NCBI GenBank assembly: GCA_045627525.1
Contig: JAZQNW010000001.1
Location: forward strand, 186,395-250,394
Source: Bacilli bacterium
Lineage (GTDB): Bacteria; Bacillota_I; Bacilli_A; RF39; UBA660
Length of the DNA stretch: 64,000 bases
Direction of reading: 5' to 3'
Positions 10,473-19,978 of this stretch are shown one piece after another; the first letter of the stretch is position 1; each line of letters opens with the position of its first letter. The notes beneath the pieces were generated by a model, which was not told the origin of the DNA, searched no databases, and saw only the letters and a list, made by a program, of their open reading frames with translations. The position numbers and the translations under genes are program-made.

Positions 10473-10879
10473 TTTTTTTCATATTGAAAACCTTTTGATA
10501 CACTATTAGATTTTATACAATCCATATTCTCATTAAAATATGGCATAGAAACATTATCATTAATATCAGCTACTTGACCATCTCTTATTAAAATATATTC
10601 TACATTAACTGAACCATCAAAAGCTGCAACATCAGCATCAGTAGGACCACCCTTAACAGATGTACAATACATTAACATAAAATTAAGTAGTTTTGTTGGT
10701 TGTAAGATAATAATTTTATCTCTAAAGTCTAGCACTTCCTCAGAATCTAAACTAGCACTAATAGCATATTTTAAATTATTATCTTTATCTTCATAATAAC
10801 ACTTTTTTTCTTCTGTAATAGGATTAGCTATAACAGAAAAAGTAATATTATCTTCATCATATAAAACCATTTTTTCCAT
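10469..10879 (-). CDS. hypothetical protein (136 aa, acidic, no recognisable family)
   Basis: Clean ORF between terminator and SPFH operon; no motif recognised. Confidence 0.4.
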   Translation of the reverse strand: MEKMVLYDEDNITFSVIANPITEEKKCYYEDKDNNLKYAISASLDSEEVLDFRDKIIILQPTKLLNFMLMYCTSVKGGPTDADVAAFDGSVNVEYILIRDGQVADINDNVSMPYFNENMDCIKSNSVSKGFQYEKK

Positions 10880-10957
10880 AAAAACCTCCTGAACTCTCTT
10901 TAATTATAATACTTAAAAATTTTTATTACAATAAAAAAGCATTAATATTTAATGCTT

Positions 10958-11911
10958 TTAAACTTTTTCTTTAACGCTCATAGGTTGGGCTTTTGGCTTA
11001 ATATGTTCTGATGAAGATTTATCCGATTTCGATTTATCAAACATTTCACTAAAAGTTGTACCAATTGTAGCCAAATTTTGTAAATCACTAGGTACAATAA
11101 TCTTAGTAGATTGACCCTTTGAAACTTCAACTAACGCATCATAACTTTTTAATTTTAATACAGCTTCATCCATTTGAGCTTCTTTTAATAATTTCAAACC
11201 TTGAGCTGTTGCTTCTTGAATTTTAATAATAGCTGCAGCTTCACCTTCTGCTTCACGGATATGAGCTTCTCTTTTAGCATCTGCTCTTAAAATTGCACTT
11301 TCTTTTTCACCTTCAGCAATTAATATAGCTGACTTCTTTTCACCTTCTGCTTTAAGAATAGCTTCACGACGCTCACGTTCAGCTCTCATTTGTTTTTCCA
11401 TTGCATCTTGAATATCACGAGGTGGTAAAATATTTTTAACTTCAACACGGTTAACTTTAATTCCCCATGGATCTGTTGCTTCATCCAAAATTGAACGCAT
11501 TTTTGAGTTAATAATATCACGAGAAGTCAATGTTTCATCTAATTCAAGATCACCTATAATATTTCTTAATGTTGTTGCTGTTAAATTTTCAATAGCGTTT
11601 ACTGGATTTTCAACACCATAAGTATATAGTTTTGGATCAGTAATTTGTAAATAAACTACAGTATCAATTTGCATAGTAACATTATCTTTAGTAATAACTG
11701 GTTGTGGAGCAAAATCTTGTACTTTTTCCTTTAAGCTTACAACATTTGCAACTCTTTCAAATATTGGTATTACATAATGTAAACCTGTTTGCATTGTCCT
11801 ATGATATGCCCCCAATCTTTCAACAACATATGCCTTTGATTGTGGAATTATTTTTATTCCCTTAATCAATACAATGGCAATAATAATTAATAAGACAATT
11901 GTAAATTCCAT
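10958..11911 (-). CDS. SPFH/band-7 stomatin-like membrane protein (QmcA/YbbK-like)
   Basis: N-terminal TM, SPFH domain, C-terminal EA-rich coiled coil (AILKAEGEKKSAILIAEGEKESAIL); paired with NfeD gene. Confidence 0.85.
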   Translation of the reverse strand: MEFTIVLLIIIAIVLIKGIKIIPQSKAYVVERLGAYHRTMQTGLHYVIPIFERVANVVSLKEKVQDFAPQPVITKDNVTMQIDTVVYLQITDPKLYTYGVENPVNAIENLTATTLRNIIGDLELDETLTSRDIINSKMRSILDEATDPWGIKVNRVEVKNILPPRDIQDAMEKQMRAERERREAILKAEGEKKSAILIAEGEKESAILRADAKREAHIREAEGEAAAIIKIQEATAQGLKLLKEAQMDEAVLKLKSYDALVEVSKGQSTKIIVPSDLQNLATIGTTFSEMFDKSKSDKSSSEHIKPKAQPMSVKEKV

Positions 11912-11913
11912 TT

Positions 11914-12345
11914 TTATTTTTCCTCCCTTTCGACAATAAGTTTTACACCATCTATTTTTTTAACAACTACTTTTTCACCTACATCAAACTTCTTATCACT
12001 AACAGCAGTCCAAGTAGTTCCTAAAACCTTTACCTCACCATATTCATCTTCAGTAATTTTTTTAGTAACAGTTGCTCTTTTGCCAATAACACGGTCGGAA
12101 TTAGTAGGCTGTATTTTCCCACTATGCATTTTTTTAACTAAAGGTTTAGTAATCAACAAAGCTATAATACTAATTATTGAAAATACAATAATTTGAATTA
12201 CTAATGAATCAGTAATCAAAGAAGCAATCATAGCAAAGAAAGCACCTATAGCAAACCAAATAGATACTAAATTTACAGTAACAACTTCTAATAAAAATAA
12301 AAATGCACAAATTGAAAACCAAGTAACTAGCATAAAACTCACCAC
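11914..12345 (-). CDS. NfeD-family membrane protein (partner of SPFH protein)
   Basis: Two N-terminal TM helices plus C-terminal OB-like soluble domain, located immediately upstream of SPFH gene. Confidence 0.75.
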   Translation of the reverse strand: MVSFMLVTWFSICAFLFLLEVVTVNLVSIWFAIGAFFAMIASLITDSLVIQIIVFSIISIIALLITKPLVKKMHSGKIQPTNSDRVIGKRATVTKKITEDEYGEVKVLGTTWTAVSDKKFDVGEKVVVKKIDGVKLIVEREEK

Positions 12346-12453
12346 ACTATAATTATATGATACTAAAATTTTTTTTTCAATAATTTCGACAAAAAAATCT
12401 TGTTTATAAAAAAAAAATATAATATAATCTATTTATAAGGATAGGAAGTAAAT

Positions 12454-13191
12454 ATGCGAAAATTAACAAAAAAAGAAAATCAAATAGTTACGATTGTCTT
12501 TGCAGTATGGGGAATTATTTTTGTTGGTAGTGGATTAACTATGAACAAATTAGAAGCTCCTGAACCAGTAGTAAAAAAAGATCTTGAAGTAATTCAAAAA
12601 AGAGTTGCTCAAACTAAAACAAACGAAATAAAGCTAAAAGACATGGAATTAGAAATAAATCAACCACTTAGTGTTGATGTTAAAGATTATTTAGAAAATA
12701 TTGATGATTTAGATGATAATTTTATAAAATTATTAAAATTAGATACATCAATGGTAAAACCAAACGAAGCTGGTACTTATACATATACAATTACATATAA
12801 AAAGAAAAAATATAATGGATCATTCATTATAAAAGCAAAAGAGTTACCAAAAGTTGACATAAAAATAAAAGAAAACTTAAAGCTTAAAATTGGTGATCCT
12901 ATATCAACAGATATTTCAACATATGTAGAAGGAACATTAAATGACGAAGTAAAAAATAATATTCTATTAGATTTATCTAATATTGATACAAGTATAGTTG
13001 GTACTTATGACATATCAATTACATATGACGGAAAATTATATACTGGAAAAATAACAGTATACGAACCACAAATGGCTATAAAATTACCTGAAAATGGAAC
13101 ATCAAGTGATGAGAAAACACCTACTGAGCAAGAGAAAAAGCCTACAGAAGAAAAAGCAGAAGAACAAACTGAAACAACAACAACTGAATAA
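12454..13191 (+). CDS. signal-anchored surface protein with two tandem ~55-aa Ig-like repeats and E/T/K-rich tail
   Basis: N-terminal TM; internal repeats GTYTYTITYKKKKYNGSFIIK / GTYDISITYDGKLYTGKITVYE. Confidence 0.5.
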   Translation: MRKLTKKENQIVTIVFAVWGIIFVGSGLTMNKLEAPEPVVKKDLEVIQKRVAQTKTNEIKLKDMELEINQPLSVDVKDYLENIDDLDDNFIKLLKLDTSMVKPNEAGTYTYTITYKKKKYNGSFIIKAKELPKVDIKIKENLKLKIGDPISTDISTYVEGTLNDEVKNNILLDLSNIDTSIVGTYDISITYDGKLYTGKITVYEPQMAIKLPENGTSSDEKTPTEQEKKPTEEKAEEQTETTTTE

Positions 13192-13196
13192 AAAAA

Positions 13197-13225
13197 ACGC
13201 TAGATAATATCTAGTGTTTTTTTTT
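13197..13225. terminator. bidirectional intrinsic terminator
   Basis: A8-CGCTAGATA-at-TATCTAGTG-T9 hairpin between convergent genes. Confidence 0.5.
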
Positions 13226-14840
13226 AACTTAAACCAACAATTTTATTATCAGAATAATCAATTAATTCATAATTTGGTATTTTAGGTAATCCAGGCATTA
13301 CCATAATATTACCTAAAAGAACCGTTATAAATTCAGCTCCATTATATAATCTAACATCTCTAACTAATACCGAAAAGTTTTTTGGAGCTCCCAATTTCTT
13401 AGCATCGTCGCTAAAAGAATATTGTGTTTTAGCTACACAAATTGGAAGATAAGACTTTCCATTTTTTGTCAATTCTTCAATTTTTTCTAATGCCTCTTTA
13501 CTATATTCGATATTAGAAGCATGATATATTTTCTTACAAATAGCCTCTATTTTTTCAGCAATTGCTAAATTATCATCATATAATAATTTAAATTTACTTT
13601 TCTTACGACAAGCAGCTATTACTTTATTTGCTAAGTCAATTGCCCCTTCTCCACCATCAGTATAAGCCATACTTGTAGAAAATTCAGCACCCAATTTATT
13701 ACAGTAGTCTTCAACTATTGAAAGTTCCTTATCAGTATCAGTAGTATACTTATTTAAACAAACAACTACAGGAATACCATACTGTTTCAAATTTTCAATA
13801 TGTTGACCTAAATTTGGCAATCCTTTTCTCAATGAATCACAATCTTCTAAATTAACCTTCTCTTTATCTACACCACCATTATATTTTAAAGCCTTAACAG
13901 TCGCTACTAAAACTATACAATCTGGGCTAATACCAGCCTTACGGCATTTTATATCTAAGAATTTTTCTGCCCCTAAATCAGCACCAAATCCCGCTTCAGT
14001 TACAACATACTTACCAAGCGTAAGTCCAAGTTTAGTTGCAACAACTGTATTACAACCATGTGCAATGTTAGCAAAAGGTCCACCGTGAATAATTACAGGC
14101 GTATGTTCCAATGTTTGAACTAAATTAGGTAAAAAAGCATCTTTTAATAAGACAAGCATTGATCCTTCAATTTTTAAATCTTTAGCATAAATTGCTTCAT
14201 CTCTACTATTATAACCAATCAAAATATTACCTAGTCTTCTCTTCAAGTCATCTAAAGAATCTGCCAAACAGAATAAAGCCATTATTTCACTAGCGGCAGT
14301 AATAGAAAATGATTCATCTCTATTATCAAGCTTTACTCTTCTTAATGCCCTATCGTTAACATCCAAACAACGATTAAATGTAACACGTTTAATATCTAAT
14401 TCATTACCATGAAAAATATGATTATCAATAGCAGCACAAAGTAAATCATTAGCAGCTGTTATTGCATGAAAATCACCAGTAAAATGTAAATTTATATCTT
14501 CCATAGGAACGACCTGACTGTATCCGCCACCAGTAGCGCCACCTTTAATACCAAAAACAGGTCCCATAGAAGGTTCTCTTAATACAATAATAGGCTTTTT
14601 ATTAAGCTTATTTAATGCATCACCCAAACCTATACTTACAGTAGTCTTCCCTTCACCGTAAGGAGTAGGATTTATCGCAGTAACCAAAACTAACTTAGCT
14701 TTAGAATTACCATAATTAACATTTATTTTAGCTTTATCATTACCATATAAAAGTAAATCCTTTTCAGTTAATCCTATCTTCCTAGCAATCTTCTTTATAT
14801 TCTCTTTTTCATTAGCCTGTGCAATCTCTATATCAGTCAT
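13224..14840 (-). CDS. fhs: formate--tetrahydrofolate ligase
   Basis: PTPYGEGKTT P-loop and overall FTHFS conservation. Confidence 0.9.
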   Translation of the reverse strand: MTDIEIAQANEKENIKKIARKIGLTEKDLLLYGNDKAKINVNYGNSKAKLVLVTAINPTPYGEGKTTVSIGLGDALNKLNKKPIIVLREPSMGPVFGIKGGATGGGYSQVVPMEDINLHFTGDFHAITAANDLLCAAIDNHIFHGNELDIKRVTFNRCLDVNDRALRRVKLDNRDESFSITAASEIMALFCLADSLDDLKRRLGNILIGYNSRDEAIYAKDLKIEGSMLVLLKDAFLPNLVQTLEHTPVIIHGGPFANIAHGCNTVVATKLGLTLGKYVVTEAGFGADLGAEKFLDIKCRKAGISPDCIVLVATVKALKYNGGVDKEKVNLEDCDSLRKGLPNLGQHIENLKQYGIPVVVCLNKYTTDTDKELSIVEDYCNKLGAEFSTSMAYTDGGEGAIDLANKVIAACRKKSKFKLLYDDNLAIAEKIEAICKKIYHASNIEYSKEALEKIEELTKNGKSYLPICVAKTQYSFSDDAKKLGAPKNFSVLVRDVRLYNGAEFITVLLGNIMVMPGLPKIPNYELIDYSDNKIVGLS

Positions 14841-14979
14841 GTAATCACCTCATATTAATTATAACATTTACTATTAAACTTGTCATTTGAATAACTATTT
14901 ATTTTAAAATAATAAAATTAACTAACTGATTTATAAATTTTTATCCACAATAAATGTTGAAAATCAATAATTGTATATT

Positions 14980-14988
14980 TGCTATAAA
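14980..14988 (+). promoter_or_regulatory. candidate extended -10 promoter (TGcTATAAA) for adhesin-sortase operon
   Basis: TGnTATAAA ~50 nt upstream of AGGAGGG RBS; weak -35. Confidence 0.25.
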
Positions 14989-15038
14989 ATATTTTTTTTG
15001 TTAACATCATAGCCATTAAGAAAAAAAGGAGGGATTTT

Positions 15039-16463
15039 ATGAAAAAATTAATTATTTTCTTAATAAGTGCATTAACATTATTTACACCATTATTGACAAA
15101 GGCTGAAACTACAAATTTCTATGAAGCAGAATATATAGATAACATATTTCTCAATAAATTAACACCAGATAAAAAAACTATATATTACCAAAAAGCTAGA
15201 TTTTTTAGAGAAAAAGGAACTAATAAAATTGCTTATTGTATCGAACCATTCAATTTTTTTAACGAAACTAGTAAATATGAAAGTATAGTAAATCCAAGTA
15301 ATTTAACAAAAGCCCAAACGGAAAAAATTGGATTATATGCACATTTTGGATATGGATATAAAAATCATACTAGTAAAGAATGGTATGCTGTAACTCAAAT
15401 GCTAATATGGGAAACAGCAGATCCAGAAGGAAAATACTATTATACAGATTCACTAAATGGAAATAAAATTGATAATCCATATAAAGAATATTACCAAGAA
15501 TTAAATAATCTAATTGAAGTATATAAAAAGACACCAAGTATTAATAATCAAACATATACAACTATTGTAAATAAAGAATTAATACTTACTGATACAAATA
15601 ATGTTATTAATCAATATACCGCAGAAAACAATAATATAAAAATAAATGATAATGAAATTATAATTAATAATCTAGGAATTGGAAAACATACAATAGAGTT
15701 AACTCAAAATGACTATAATTATAATTATCCATTAATATTTTATCAATCTTCAACTAGTCAAAATCTAGTAAAAACAGGAGACCTTAAAACAAAATCTATC
15801 AAATTTAATGTTATAGTCCAAGAAACAAATATAAAGGTTAACAAACTAGACTATGATACATCAACCAACGTATCACAAGGAGAAGGAAGTTTGGATGGAG
15901 CAATATATAAGATTTATGACAATAATATGAAAGAAATCAAAACTATAAATATAAAAAATACAACAGGAATAATTAAAAATCTTAATTATGGAAAATATTA
16001 TATAAAAGAAGAAAAACCTGGAACAGGATATAATTTAGACAATAAAACTTATAACTTTGAGATTACACCAGATAAGCCAAACGTAGAACTAAATCTAAAA
16101 AACAAAGTAATAAAGTCTACAATCAATATTCATAAATCTTACTTAGTCAATGATAATTTGATGCCTGAAGAAAACATTTCATTTGAAATATACGATAAAG
16201 ATAAACTAATCGATACTTTAACAACAAACAAAAACGGTGAATTTAGTATATCCTTACCGTATGGAACATACACTATAAAGCAAATATCAACAACTCCAGG
16301 ATATCAAATATTAGAACCATTTAAAATTGTTGTAAATGATAACTTAAGCCAAACAATAAATTTAACAAATTATAAAATTGAAGTACCAAATACCAAAACA
16401 AATATATTTAAGCAGTTATTAAAAACAATTAAAAAATTTTTGATGATGGTATTTAGAATATGA
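15039..16463 (+). CDS. thioester-domain (TED) surface adhesin with two Cna-B-like isopeptide domains
   Basis: Signal peptide; YCIEP (Cys at 15237-15239) and TQMLIW (Gln at 15396-15398) thioester motifs; GKYYIKEEKPGTGYNL and GTYTIKQISTTPGYQI Cna-B-type motifs; C-terminal VPNTK-containing tail. Confidence 0.7.
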   Translation: MKKLIIFLISALTLFTPLLTKAETTNFYEAEYIDNIFLNKLTPDKKTIYYQKARFFREKGTNKIAYCIEPFNFFNETSKYESIVNPSNLTKAQTEKIGLYAHFGYGYKNHTSKEWYAVTQMLIWETADPEGKYYYTDSLNGNKIDNPYKEYYQELNNLIEVYKKTPSINNQTYTTIVNKELILTDTNNVINQYTAENNNIKINDNEIIINNLGIGKHTIELTQNDYNYNYPLIFYQSSTSQNLVKTGDLKTKSIKFNVIVQETNIKVNKLDYDTSTNVSQGEGSLDGAIYKIYDNNMKEIKTINIKNTTGIIKNLNYGKYYIKEEKPGTGYNLDNKTYNFEITPDKPNVELNLKNKVIKSTINIHKSYLVNDNLMPEENISFEIYDKDKLIDTLTTNKNGEFSISLPYGTYTIKQISTTPGYQILEPFKIVVNDNLSQTINLTNYKIEVPNTKTNIFKQLLKTIKKFLMMVFRI

Positions 16464-16987
16464 AAAAAATGATTATTACTTCATTAATAATAGTAATCAT
16501 AAATTTATTTTATCCACATAATAATACAAATAAAGTAAACACATATTTAAATATAAAAGATAGTTATAATCAACAAAATATCATAGAAAAAGAAAAACCA
16601 ATTGGAAAACTAATAATTAAAAAAATTAATTTAGAAAATAATCTATATGATATTAATAGTGACAATAATAACATAGAAAAAAATGTTACTATTTTATATG
16701 AAAGGTTAGATAACAATATAAAAAATAATATTATAATTCTTGCTGCACATTCAGGTAACGGTAAAATTGCTTTTTTTAATAATATAGACAAACTAAAATT
16801 AAATGATGAAGTAATATTAAAATATAAAAATATTGAATATAATTATAATGTATCTTATATATATGAAACAGATAAAAATGGTCATATTGATATAACAAAC
16901 AATAATCAAAGTAAATTAATATTAACAACTTGTAGCAAAAATAAAGGAAAACAGCTAATAATTGAATGCACTAAAAAAGAGTCGTAA
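16460..16987 (+). CDS. small divergent sortase-family transpeptidase
   Basis: N-terminal TM; ILAAHSG His motif and LILTTCS (TLxTC) Cys motif; ATGA overlap with adhesin gene. Confidence 0.6.
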   Translation: MKKMIITSLIIVIINLFYPHNNTNKVNTYLNIKDSYNQQNIIEKEKPIGKLIIKKINLENNLYDINSDNNNIEKNVTILYERLDNNIKNNIIILAAHSGNGKIAFFNNIDKLKLNDEVILKYKNIEYNYNVSYIYETDKNGHIDITNNNQSKLILTTCSKNKGKQLIIECTKKES

Positions 16988-16994
16988 ATGACTC

Positions 16995-18248
16995 TTATTT
17001 TGTTAGTATTTCTAATGCTTTACTTAATTGTAAATCATTATCATCAGATGGATTATTCTTATATTCTTCAGTTTGTTCAACAACTACATCAGGCTCTAAG
17101 CCCTTATCATTTAGCCAAACACCCTTAGAAGTAAGCCATTTCTGAGTAGTATACTTTAAGCTAGAACCGTTTGACAATTGAATTGCCTTTTGAATAGTTC
17201 CTTTGCCATAAGTATTTACACCTACAATAGTAGCATTTTTATAGTTTTCTTTAAAACAAGAAGCTAATATTTCAGAAGCTGATGCTGACACATCATTAGT
17301 AAGCACAACAATATCATATTTTCTAGATTGATTTGTAGCTGAATAAATACTTTCTATTTTACCCTTTGTATCAATTTGATATAAAACTGTTTTTTTATTA
17401 AAAAATAATGATAAAATTTGTTCAACCTGAGACAATTGACCACCAGGGTTATTTCTAACATCTATTATTAAAGAATCAATATTTTGCTTTTCTAAAGATT
17501 TAAGGCTCTTTAAAAATTGAGCATATGTATTAGATGCAAATGTATCTATATGAATATAGCCTATAGTCTTATTATTTCCCTCTATTATTTTATTTTTAAC
17601 AGAAGGTATTTCAATTACCTTTCTTTTAACAGCTATAGATATTTCCTTATCATCACGCAAAACAACCATATTAATAGTCGTATTAGGTTTACCTTTTATA
17701 TAATTAGTTAGCTTATTCAAATCAACATATCTAACATCTTCATCATTAATCTTTAATATTATATCATTTTTTTGAAGTCCAGCCTCTGCTGCTGAAGAAT
17801 TATTAAACATATCGTAAATATAATTACTTTTGTCATCACTCTTAGTAACAGTAACGCCTATACCAACATAACTACCATCAACAGTCTGGTTAAATTCATC
17901 TGTAGATTGAACATCCATATAATAAGAATAAGGATCATTTAATGAACTTACCATGCCATCAATTGCAGAATTTAATAAATCATCATCAGATACATCTGAA
18001 TAGAATTCATTTCTAATATTTTTATATGTTTTAATAAGTTCTGAAAGATTAGCATCTTCATTTTTTAAATTTTTACCATAAGTCGAAATACAACCAACTA
18101 CAAAGCCAAAAACTATAGAAATAATAATTATTAAACCTACTTCTGCTAGATTAAAAGTTGTATCTTTTTCTTTTTTTATAGAATGATTTAATTTATGAAA
18201 ATATGATTTTAATTTTTTATTGAAACGTCTAAAAAACTTTTTGATCAT
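16995..18248 (-). CDS. C-terminal processing peptidase, S41 family with PDZ domain
   Basis: SASASE catalytic Ser region, TYGKGT motif, PDZ domain, N-terminal TM. Confidence 0.85.
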   Translation of the reverse strand: MIKKFFRRFNKKLKSYFHKLNHSIKKEKDTTFNLAEVGLIIIISIVFGFVVGCISTYGKNLKNEDANLSELIKTYKNIRNEFYSDVSDDDLLNSAIDGMVSSLNDPYSYYMDVQSTDEFNQTVDGSYVGIGVTVTKSDDKSNYIYDMFNNSSAAEAGLQKNDIILKINDEDVRYVDLNKLTNYIKGKPNTTINMVVLRDDKEISIAVKRKVIEIPSVKNKIIEGNNKTIGYIHIDTFASNTYAQFLKSLKSLEKQNIDSLIIDVRNNPGGQLSQVEQILSLFFNKKTVLYQIDTKGKIESIYSATNQSRKYDIVVLTNDVSASASEILASCFKENYKNATIVGVNTYGKGTIQKAIQLSNGSSLKYTTQKWLTSKGVWLNDKGLEPDVVVEQTEEYKNNPSDDNDLQLSKALEILTK

Positions 18249-18323
18249 GCATCACCTCAGTATACTCTATTACTATAATAACATAATAGAATTGAAAATA
18301 AAACTAAATTAAAAAAAAAGAAA

Positions 18324-18339
18324 AAGGCTAAACAGCCTT
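18324..18339 (-). terminator. intrinsic terminator
   Basis: AAGGCT-aaac-AGCCTT hairpin with flanking T-run on minus strand. Confidence 0.4.
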
Positions 18340-18346
18340 TTTACAA

Positions 18347-18859
18347 TTAATTATTCAAATAATCTAAAACATCGTCTTTTCCTTCAATATATTCACTAAT
18401 ATTACCATCAACAAATTTAATAAGTGTTACTCCATTAATAGCTAATTCTGAAGCTTTAGTAGCGTCTCTATTACTTTCTTCTTTAGAAAAACTACTATTC
18501 ATGGCATCTTTCATATCAACAGTATAAATATTCAATGCATTTTCAGAATAACGATAAGATAATACTGCAGAAGAAATATCATTATCATCAGACTCAAAAT
18601 AAGCAACTAAATATTCACCTTTTTGAACATTAAAACTTCTACCTATTACTATTTCATCATGTTGAACAACAACATCTTTATTATCAACTTTGTTGCTATC
18701 ATCAGAAGCACTCTTATTAATTATTAGTAAAGTTAATAAATAAAATAAAATTAAACAAACTATAACACAAATAAATGTAATTATAATACTCCTAGTATTA
18801 GTATTAATAGAAACTACCTCTGTTTTATTTTGTTCTTTTTTCTTTGCCATTTTAACCAC
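18347..18859 (-). CDS. hypothetical signal-anchored protein
   Basis: N-terminal TM then soluble domain; no recognised family. Confidence 0.45.
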   Translation of the reverse strand: MVKMAKKKEQNKTEVVSINTNTRSIIITFICVIVCLILFYLLTLLIINKSASDDSNKVDNKDVVVQHDEIVIGRSFNVQKGEYLVAYFESDDNDISSAVLSYRYSENALNIYTVDMKDAMNSSFSKEESNRDATKASELAINGVTLIKFVDGNISEYIEGKDDVLDYLNN

Positions 18860-18887
18860 CCAAAATCATTATAACACACGAAAAAAA

Positions 18888-18903
18888 AGAGGTAAAGACC
18901 TCT
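18888..18903 (-). terminator. intrinsic terminator after lipoprotein gene
   Basis: AGAGGT-aaag-ACCTCT hairpin followed by T8 on minus strand. Confidence 0.45.
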
Positions 18904-19900
18904 ATTTCATAGTAGGAATAACATTTATAGATTGTGCCACTTCTACTAATTCATCCTTATTCATAGCGTCACTAACAATATAGTACTCAATACCATTACT
19001 AGTCCATGTTAGAGAATTATCAGTCATAACACCTAAAGTATCCATTAATTGATATGGTTCACCATAAGTAGGAATAATTGTAAACTCATCTTCTTTATTT
19101 GCTGTTTCCTCTACTAATAAAAATGGTTTTTCCCCATCAAATGTCATAATAATTCTTTCACCACTAGTTTTATTAACTTTTTCCTCATTACTTAATTTAG
19201 TACCAGTAGGTAATAATAAAGGATAAATAGTATCATCTAAAACAGCTGTTTCCTTAATATTATTTTCAACATCAGAATAAGTACTCATTATTGTATTTAA
19301 ATTAAAATAATCTTTTTTAAATGTTGGCGAATAATCAAATTTTTTAAAATTCATAGTCATACAAATGACATTATTAGAATCATATACTTTTACGGTCTTA
19401 ATATCTAATTCTTTATTTAATACGATTTTTTGACTAACAAGATTTGCTTTATTAGGATAATTAACATTAGTGACAAAAACATAATTTTCCCCTTCTTTTT
19501 TAAACGATAACTTTTTACTATTTTTAATATCATTAAATAAAGGCTTTAATAAATATATTTGTGAATTATCATAAGGCCAATCACTTTGAAACTTAAAACT
19601 TTTATTTAATGATGGTGTTAACACATAAACTCCATCTTCATTTTTTAATATAACTTGCGTATGATCATTTGATTTATTTGTCATAACAACTTTATAATTA
19701 TTATCTTTTTTATAACTAACTTCTATATCATAAGTATATACTTCATCATTATTAACAATCTGTAATTCTCCTTCTAATTTATAAGCATTTAGCTTTTTTA
19801 TTTTCTTATCTAAATCATTTATTATATCTTTTTCTGAATATTTACCACATCCTGTAAGAAAAATTAAACATATAAATAATCCTATTAATAATTTTTTCAT
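18902..19900 (-). CDS. lipoprotein (lipobox LTGC), possible LolA-like fold, function unknown
   Basis: MKKLLIGLFICLIFLTGCG signal/lipobox; immediately downstream of cdaA-cdaR. Confidence 0.55.
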   Translation of the reverse strand: MKKLLIGLFICLIFLTGCGKYSEKDIINDLDKKIKKLNAYKLEGELQIVNNDEVYTYDIEVSYKKDNNYKVVMTNKSNDHTQVILKNEDGVYVLTPSLNKSFKFQSDWPYDNSQIYLLKPLFNDIKNSKKLSFKKEGENYVFVTNVNYPNKANLVSQKIVLNKELDIKTVKVYDSNNVICMTMNFKKFDYSPTFKKDYFNLNTIMSTYSDVENNIKETAVLDDTIYPLLLPTGTKLSNEEKVNKTSGERIIMTFDGEKPFLLVEETANKEDEFTIIPTYGEPYQLMDTLGVMTDNSLTWTSNGIEYYIVSDAMNKDELVEVAQSINVIPTMK

Positions 19901-19978
19901 AATTCACCCCATAAATTAATTCTAATTAATTATATGGAACTATTTTATTAATATTACAAAAAAAGATTAGTCAATTGA

